A stretch of DNA of 64,000 nucleotides from Snowella sp. Its GTDB lineage: Bacteria > Cyanobacteriota > Cyanobacteriia > Cyanobacteriales > Microcystaceae. The notes below the pieces were generated by a model. That model made no database searches. It was not told the DNA's origin and was given only the letters and a program-made list of their open reading frames with translations. Position numbers and translations under genes: made by a program. This document shows positions 58,913-64,000 of this stretch, piece after piece. Numbering within the stretch: the first letter of the stretch is position 1; each line of letters begins with the position of its first letter. The stretch spans positions 32,001-96,000 of the forward strand of contig JAYKGY010000128.1 of the NCBI GenBank assembly GCA_035285545.1, written 5' to 3'.

Positions 58913-59818
58913 CTAGGAATGATTAACAAATTTTAAGATCTCATCGGCAGTGATTTGGGGTTTCTCTAGGTGGGGAACGTGTCCACACTCAGGAATCCAA
59001 ACGAGTTGATTATTCGGCAATAATTTTTGAAATTGGTTTGCAGCTTTGGTACCGAGAATCCCATCATTTTTTCCCCACAGAATTAAGGTTGGTTGCTGCA
59101 ATTGAGGTAAATTTCGCGCAAAGCTACCGTAACCGCCACTTTTGGTAAAAGCAATCAGAGCTTCACTCCAACGCGGGCATTGTAAATGTAATCGGGCACA
59201 TTCTTCCGCATCATCGCTGGCAAATTGCTTGTCGTAGTAGGCTGCTCGACTGACACCTCTTCTCACTTTCGAGGTGGCTAAAAAGTCAGTTGCCCAACGG
59301 TCTAACGGGGGGAACATTAGGCGACTCGCAAAGGGTTGACGGGCGAGACCGGCACTATCCACCAAAATCAATTTTTCCACTAAGTCGGGATGGGACAGGG
59401 TAAAGTCAATGGCGGCGGCTCCTCCCATCGAAACGCCTACTAAAATCATCGGACGTTGAATGAGTGTTTTCCAGCAATAGTACAAATGGGTTTTGATCGA
59501 TGCAGGGGAAAGGGGAATCTCAGGCGATCGCGCTGTAAATCCAAAACTGAGTAAATCTATTGCCCAGGTGGAATGATGGGGAGCGAGGAGGGGAATTAAA
59601 CGGCGAAATTCTAATAGAGAACTATCAAAGCCATGTAAGAGAACAATGGGGGGATCTTGGTGGCCTTGCTGAACGTAAGCAGTTTCAATGGAATCGAGGG
59701 AAAGGGGCGTTAAAATTTCCGTAAATTGCAGACTATTAACTAAATTTAAAGAGGTTAATTCCGTTAATTTTTGGGGATCAAAGGTAATTTTTTGAGATTG
59801 ATTTTTGATTAAATCCAT
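58913..59818 (-). CDS. Alpha/beta hydrolase
   Basis: LHGFDSS, GVSMGG, WGKND, CGHVPHLE. Confidence 0.92.
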   Translation of the reverse strand: MDLIKNQSQKITFDPQKLTELTSLNLVNSLQFTEILTPLSLDSIETAYVQQGHQDPPIVLLHGFDSSLLEFRRLIPLLAPHHSTWAIDLLSFGFTARSPEIPLSPASIKTHLYYCWKTLIQRPMILVGVSMGGAAAIDFTLSHPDLVEKLILVDSAGLARQPFASRLMFPPLDRWATDFLATSKVRRGVSRAAYYDKQFASDDAEECARLHLQCPRWSEALIAFTKSGGYGSFARNLPQLQQPTLILWGKNDGILGTKAANQFQKLLPNNQLVWIPECGHVPHLEKPQITADEILKFVNHS

Positions 59819-59839
59819 TATTTTTATTAATTGAAAAGA

Positions 59840-61552
59840 TTAAAATCCTAAATCCGCTTTAGCCTGTTCTGCGGCTACTAATACCTTATCATCTGGCATT
59901 TCTGACCACTCTGTCACCCCAATCTCCTGATAAAACTGTTGGTCATAGGCGCGAGTTTTAACCACAACGGGCATAGGAACCGCATGGCCTAAAATTAGGG
60001 CCTGTTGCTTGGAATCTAATTTTGCTAAGACAGACCGCAAATTTTGCCCGCCCGAAACCCCTGTAAAAATTGCCTCAATATCCTTTTCATCGTTGAGTAA
60101 GCAGGTAATACGGGTTCCAATCTGGGACATCACTTCATTATCTATCCCCGACGGACGCTGATCGACCACTAACAAAGTGACAAAATATTTCCGCATTTCC
60201 CGCGCGATCGTCCCAAAAATGGTTTGATGGACAATGCTGGAATCCAGAAAACGGTGAGCTTCTTCGATGGTAATCACCAATTGACGAGGACGGTCTAGGG
60301 GATTTTTGGTTTGGAGAAATTTATCGGCTTTTTTGACGTAGGTGGCATGAATTCGGCGGCTAATCATATTGGTTGCCAACATGTAAGAGAGCAAGTTTGA
60401 TTGGGAACCAAATTCAATAACAACGTGTTTACCCGCTTCGATACATTCGAGAACTTGATCAATATAGTTATGGCGACAAGCGGATTTGAGATATTTCAAA
60501 TTGTCTAACCGCAGTAATTTCCGTTGTAGCGACATAATCGATCCCGCATGACCCTGTTTTTCTTCACAGAAAACTTTGATATCTTCATTGGTCATATTTA
60601 ACAGTTGGCTAATCCAGCTTTTGCCATATTCGGAATGCAAAATATTGGCATTATCTAAGGCGGCTTCGGAAATGCCTAATTCATAACCCACTAAACGAAT
60701 ATCTTCAATTTCAATTTGTTCGTAACTTAAGTACAATTCATGGGCATTGCTCACGCCTCGCCGTTTGGTGGATTCGGCATCGAGGGTAAAAATTTCCACC
60801 TGTCCAGGAAAAAGTTGACGCAATCCTTTGACAGTAGACACTTCTTTGCCTTCCCGCATCGCTTCCCAACCGTATTCCGAGTGCATGTCAAACATGAGGT
60901 TAACAGCAGCTTGTTTGCGAATAATGCCCGAAATCAATAGACGGGTTAAAAAGGATTTTCCAGTTCCCGATTTCCCAAACACGCCATTACTGCGTTCCAC
61001 AAAGCGATCCAGATCCAGACAAATAGGCACGTCCATATCTAAGGGCTGACCGACGGAAAAATTGCGGCGATGGGGATCGTCTTCCCAACCAAAGACCATC
61101 CGAAAATCCCGTTCGCTGGCATCAAACACCTGGCTAAAGTGGGCAGGAATGGTTTTAACGGGTAATAATTCTAGGGGTTCACTGCTCTGGGCTTCCAGGC
61201 TGCCGAGTCCGTTGCCATTCTGGTTGAAGGTTTCTGAATATCCTTTTTTTCCATCTTCAACAGGGGTAAACATCAACATGGGAGCGAGTTCAATGGTTCC
61301 GTAGGTTCCGCTTCCTGCTAGGACTTCCCGCATTAAGGTATCTTCCAAACTCGGCGGATTGGCTAGGATTCGAGGGTTAGAAGTTCCCAAGGCCACATCG
61401 GTTAACAGGCAAAAAAAGCGCGATCGCGTCCCTTGAATGACCAGAAATTTCCCCACCCGCATATCTTCAACGGAAACATCGGGAAGCAAACGAATTTCTA
61501 AACCTTTAGTAAGGGAACCCTGAATAACCGAGCCGAGGGGAGTTTCTTTCAT
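59840..61552 (-). CDS. HerA/DUF87-like P-loop ATPase
   Basis: N-terminal HAS-barrel-like region; GKSGTGKS, DMHSEY, IEEAH, REMRK, DQRPS. Confidence 0.88.
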   Translation of the reverse strand: MKETPLGSVIQGSLTKGLEIRLLPDVSVEDMRVGKFLVIQGTRSRFFCLLTDVALGTSNPRILANPPSLEDTLMREVLAGSGTYGTIELAPMLMFTPVEDGKKGYSETFNQNGNGLGSLEAQSSEPLELLPVKTIPAHFSQVFDASERDFRMVFGWEDDPHRRNFSVGQPLDMDVPICLDLDRFVERSNGVFGKSGTGKSFLTRLLISGIIRKQAAVNLMFDMHSEYGWEAMREGKEVSTVKGLRQLFPGQVEIFTLDAESTKRRGVSNAHELYLSYEQIEIEDIRLVGYELGISEAALDNANILHSEYGKSWISQLLNMTNEDIKVFCEEKQGHAGSIMSLQRKLLRLDNLKYLKSACRHNYIDQVLECIEAGKHVVIEFGSQSNLLSYMLATNMISRRIHATYVKKADKFLQTKNPLDRPRQLVITIEEAHRFLDSSIVHQTIFGTIAREMRKYFVTLLVVDQRPSGIDNEVMSQIGTRITCLLNDEKDIEAIFTGVSGGQNLRSVLAKLDSKQQALILGHAVPMPVVVKTRAYDQQFYQEIGVTEWSEMPDDKVLVAAEQAKADLGF

Positions 61553-61820
61553 AAAGAATTAAGCACTGACCTTGTAGTTAACTATATCGAGAATTGTTGA
61601 GTTTTCGCTAAAATCAAAACGAGTTATTCTGATGGTTAACTCAAATTGATGAAAATTAATTTTGTGTTTGTTTAATGGCGATCGCTGATTTAATCAAGTT
61701 TAGAGAACAAAACCCCCATTATTTTATTGCCTCAATTTAAAATTCCAAAGGGCTTTAACCCAAAAGGTTAAGCATTAGGAGAAAATAGCAAATAGATTAT
61801 CCTTTCCCAACGAGTCATCT

Positions 61821-62411
61821 ATGAGTAGAGATCGAGATATGCGAGAGTCCGAATCGGGGCTTGCTTCCCCTGTCCCCCCCGCGGTTAAGCGTGCTGCCAC
61901 TAAACTGAATACGGTCGGTTATCTGGGGTTTTGGATTCAGATTGTCGTTGGAGCCTTTGCGGTTGTTACCTTTCTCTTTGCCAGTATGGGATTAACCTTT
62001 GGGCAGGAGCGCACCAGTGGGATTGAAGCGGGGATCATCTCTGCCTTTATTTCCATTGTTCTGTTAGGCGGCGGTATTTATTTTTCGATTCGTTATCAAC
62101 GTATTGGGAATCAGCTACAACGGGTCGATGCGGCTAATCATCCTCGCAAAGCGGATATTTTAAAGTTTATTCGCTGGGGAATTATGGTGAATTTGGCGGG
62201 AATGGGCATGGCTATTATTGGGGCTTCGGCCATTGGCGGCATTGTATTAATTAAATCTCTGAGCATTCCCCAGGGAACTTTGGCGGCAAATCCTAAACAA
62301 TTTGTGCAATCCATTGATTTATTAGCGATCCAAGCCAATACCAATACGATTGTTGCCCATTTTACAGGTTTAGTTTCTTCTCTCTGGCTCTTAGACCGCC
62401 TCGATAAATAA
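61821..62411 (+). CDS. DUF3611-family membrane protein
   Basis: GFWIQ, P-x-KAD, VNLAGM, QANTNTIVAHFTGL motifs. Confidence 0.85.
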   Translation: MSRDRDMRESESGLASPVPPAVKRAATKLNTVGYLGFWIQIVVGAFAVVTFLFASMGLTFGQERTSGIEAGIISAFISIVLLGGGIYFSIRYQRIGNQLQRVDAANHPRKADILKFIRWGIMVNLAGMGMAIIGASAIGGIVLIKSLSIPQGTLAANPKQFVQSIDLLAIQANTNTIVAHFTGLVSSLWLLDRLDK

Positions 62412-62749
62412 TGCAGCGTACTCGATTAAATACTCTCATTGAACGAACGGGAACGGAGTTAACCCAGTTTTTTCGGAATCCTTGGCGGCGGATTTCGCTG
62501 ATCCTATTGGGTTTGCTTTTTGGTTTTTTTGTGGGGGCTGCCATTTCGACTACCGCAGGCCAGGATGCCCAATGGGATGTGGTCGGAGCGGCTTTAATTT
62601 TGCTATTCACCGAGTTGATTAGTCGTTTTGTTTATGGTCAACGGGTCAGTCCTGGTAGTCAGCGATCGCTCTTAGTTGAAGTCTTAAATTGTTTCAAGTT
62701 GGGTGTGATTTATAGTTTATTCTTAGAAGCGTTCAAACTCGGTTCCTAA
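62411..62749 (+). CDS. ycf20: Ycf20 / DUF565 protein
   Basis: MQRTRL, NPWRR, FLEAFKLGS. Confidence 0.9.
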   Translation: MQRTRLNTLIERTGTELTQFFRNPWRRISLILLGLLFGFFVGAAISTTAGQDAQWDVVGAALILLFTELISRFVYGQRVSPGSQRSLLVEVLNCFKLGVIYSLFLEAFKLGS

Positions 62750-63051
62750 CAGCGATCGCCCGTGTCTAGAGCCTCATCTTGTCTTCTTTCGCGATCGCCG
62801 AAGATACTTAATATCTACCGTATATTTACGGATGTTTTGTTTTTGAAAGATGTCTAGAATCTTTTTTAAAGTTTTCTTAAAGTATAATCGGTTACACTTT
62901 ATAACTTCATTCCCCTTTAAGCTGAACTGTCTTGTAAAAGACTTCTAGCATTTGCTCCCTAGAATCCTGATAAATTGCCTTTATTTTAAATATTCGTCTA
63001 TTAATTTCCAATCGGCCCTAGCTATTTCCTAATAGCTATTGACTTGCAGCA

Positions 63052-63261
63052 ATGAATAAACCACCCGCCTTTGCGCTTAATACCTATGTCAACTTTAATG
63101 GAATTCAAATTAGAGTAGTCAAACGCTATTTAGATGTCGATACCAACAATTATTGGTATAAGTTAAGCCTAATCTCAGAATTACAGCCCGAAGAGGTCAT
63201 TAAGTTGCACCAAGAATATACCCTAAACTCAACAAAATCCCACTCACAAAATGGAGTTTAA
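63052..63261 (+). CDS. Possible small hypothetical protein
   Basis: 69-aa ATG ORF, mostly intergenic; 3' end overlaps the convergent menA by 62 nt. Confidence 0.35.
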   Translation: MNKPPAFALNTYVNFNGIQIRVVKRYLDVDTNNYWYKLSLISELQPEEVIKLHQEYTLNSTKSHSQNGV

Positions 63262-64000
63262 TCGCGACAAATTTACTCCTACTAATTTGGGTCGGCTGAT
63301 CATGATAGTTCCGCACATAATTAATTAGCTGAATCGCGAACGGAAGACTCAAAAAAACTAAACCGCTAGATAGGGGAGCCATGTTTAATCCGATAAAAAT
63401 AGCCGTTAAAGCATACAAACTCAGGGTGGCATAGGCTAGGACGTTGGCTCCTCTGGCTGTCCCTAACCGCACAATCGGCGATCGCTTCCCTGCCGCTAGA
63501 TCATCTTCAACTTGATGAAAATGGGAGCAAAATAAAACTAACGAGGTGCTAATACCAACTAACACGGATGGGGCAATAACGGCATTATTAAAAGCTTGGG
63601 TCTGGGAATAATAAACCGCCGCGATCGCCAACGGGCCAAAGGTAATAAAGCAAATCAATTCCCCTAATCCTTGATAACCCAAACGAAACGGTGGCCCTTG
63701 ATAGCTATAACCCAATACACAAGCCAGACCAACAATGGCTAAAACCGTTATATCCTGCTGTAACCAACTAATCAAAAAAATCCCTAATAACCCTAATCCT
63801 AAAAAGCCATTACTAATCCAATAAATTAGCCTTTTATTTCCCGTTAAGTTCACCACTGAATGGGCTTTGTTTTTATCAATTCCCGTATCCGCATCAAACA
63901 CATCATTGCTTAAATTTAGCCAAGCAACAATCGTAATCGCAGACAGAAAAAAGATGCTAAAAATCCAAAAGTTTACCTGATGGGATTGGGCAAAAGCGAC
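63200..64000 (-). CDS. menA: 1,4-dihydroxy-2-naphthoate phytyltransferase (5' end beyond window)
   Basis: Frame open to the window edge: LSNDVFDADTGID, YQGPPFRLGY, HFHQVEDDLAAGK. Confidence 0.93.
   Translation of the reverse strand, partial: VAFAQSHQVNFWIFSIFFLSAITIVAWLNLSNDVFDADTGIDKNKAHSVVNLTGNKRLIYWISNGFLGLGLLGIFLISWLQQDITVLAIVGLACVLGYSYQGPPFRLGYQGLGELICFITFGPLAIAAVYYSQTQAFNNAVIAPSVLVGISTSLVLFCSHFHQVEDDLAAGKRSPIVRLGTARGANVLAYATLSLYALTAIFIGLNMAPLSSGLVFLSLPFAIQLINYVRNYHDQPTQISRSKFVAIKLHFVSGILLSLGYILGAT

Overview
64 kb of a cyanobacterial chromosome, probably a Synechocystis-like unicellular strain. The evidence is the very frequent HIP1 octamer GCGATCGC and cyanobacterial genes such as sigB, sigG, sigH, hfq, sipA, ycf55, ycf20 and menA. 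Most of the window is core housekeeping and signalling: htrA, trmB, moaB, glyQ, tldD, hisH, uppP, hom, scpA, pdxH, prfA, galT, two ECF sigma/anti-sigma loci and c-di-GMP proteins. Three small accessory cassettes stand out. (1) Downstream of glyQ, a 647-aa DUF4209/HEPN-like protein with an antitoxin-like C-terminal tail is translationally coupled to a PIN/VapC gene that has Asn at its first catalytic Asp position. (2) A PD-(D/E)XK nuclease plus degenerate TOPRIM-like gene pair is bracketed by a 102-bp, 86%-identical duplication of the pdxH 3' end, which looks like the scar of an integrase-free, homology-driven insertion. (3) An AT-rich locus encodes leaderless peptidoglycan hydrolases (an amidase and a glucosaminidase/MepA-like fusion) followed by a small catalase-fold heme protein. 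Intergenic DNA carries REP-like, MITE-like and heptamer (STRR-like) repeats, ECF-type promoters and an 11-bp-periodic regulator box upstream of htrA. I found no rRNA, tRNA, CRISPR array or intact transposase/integrase. All family assignments are from motif recognition by eye, not database searches.
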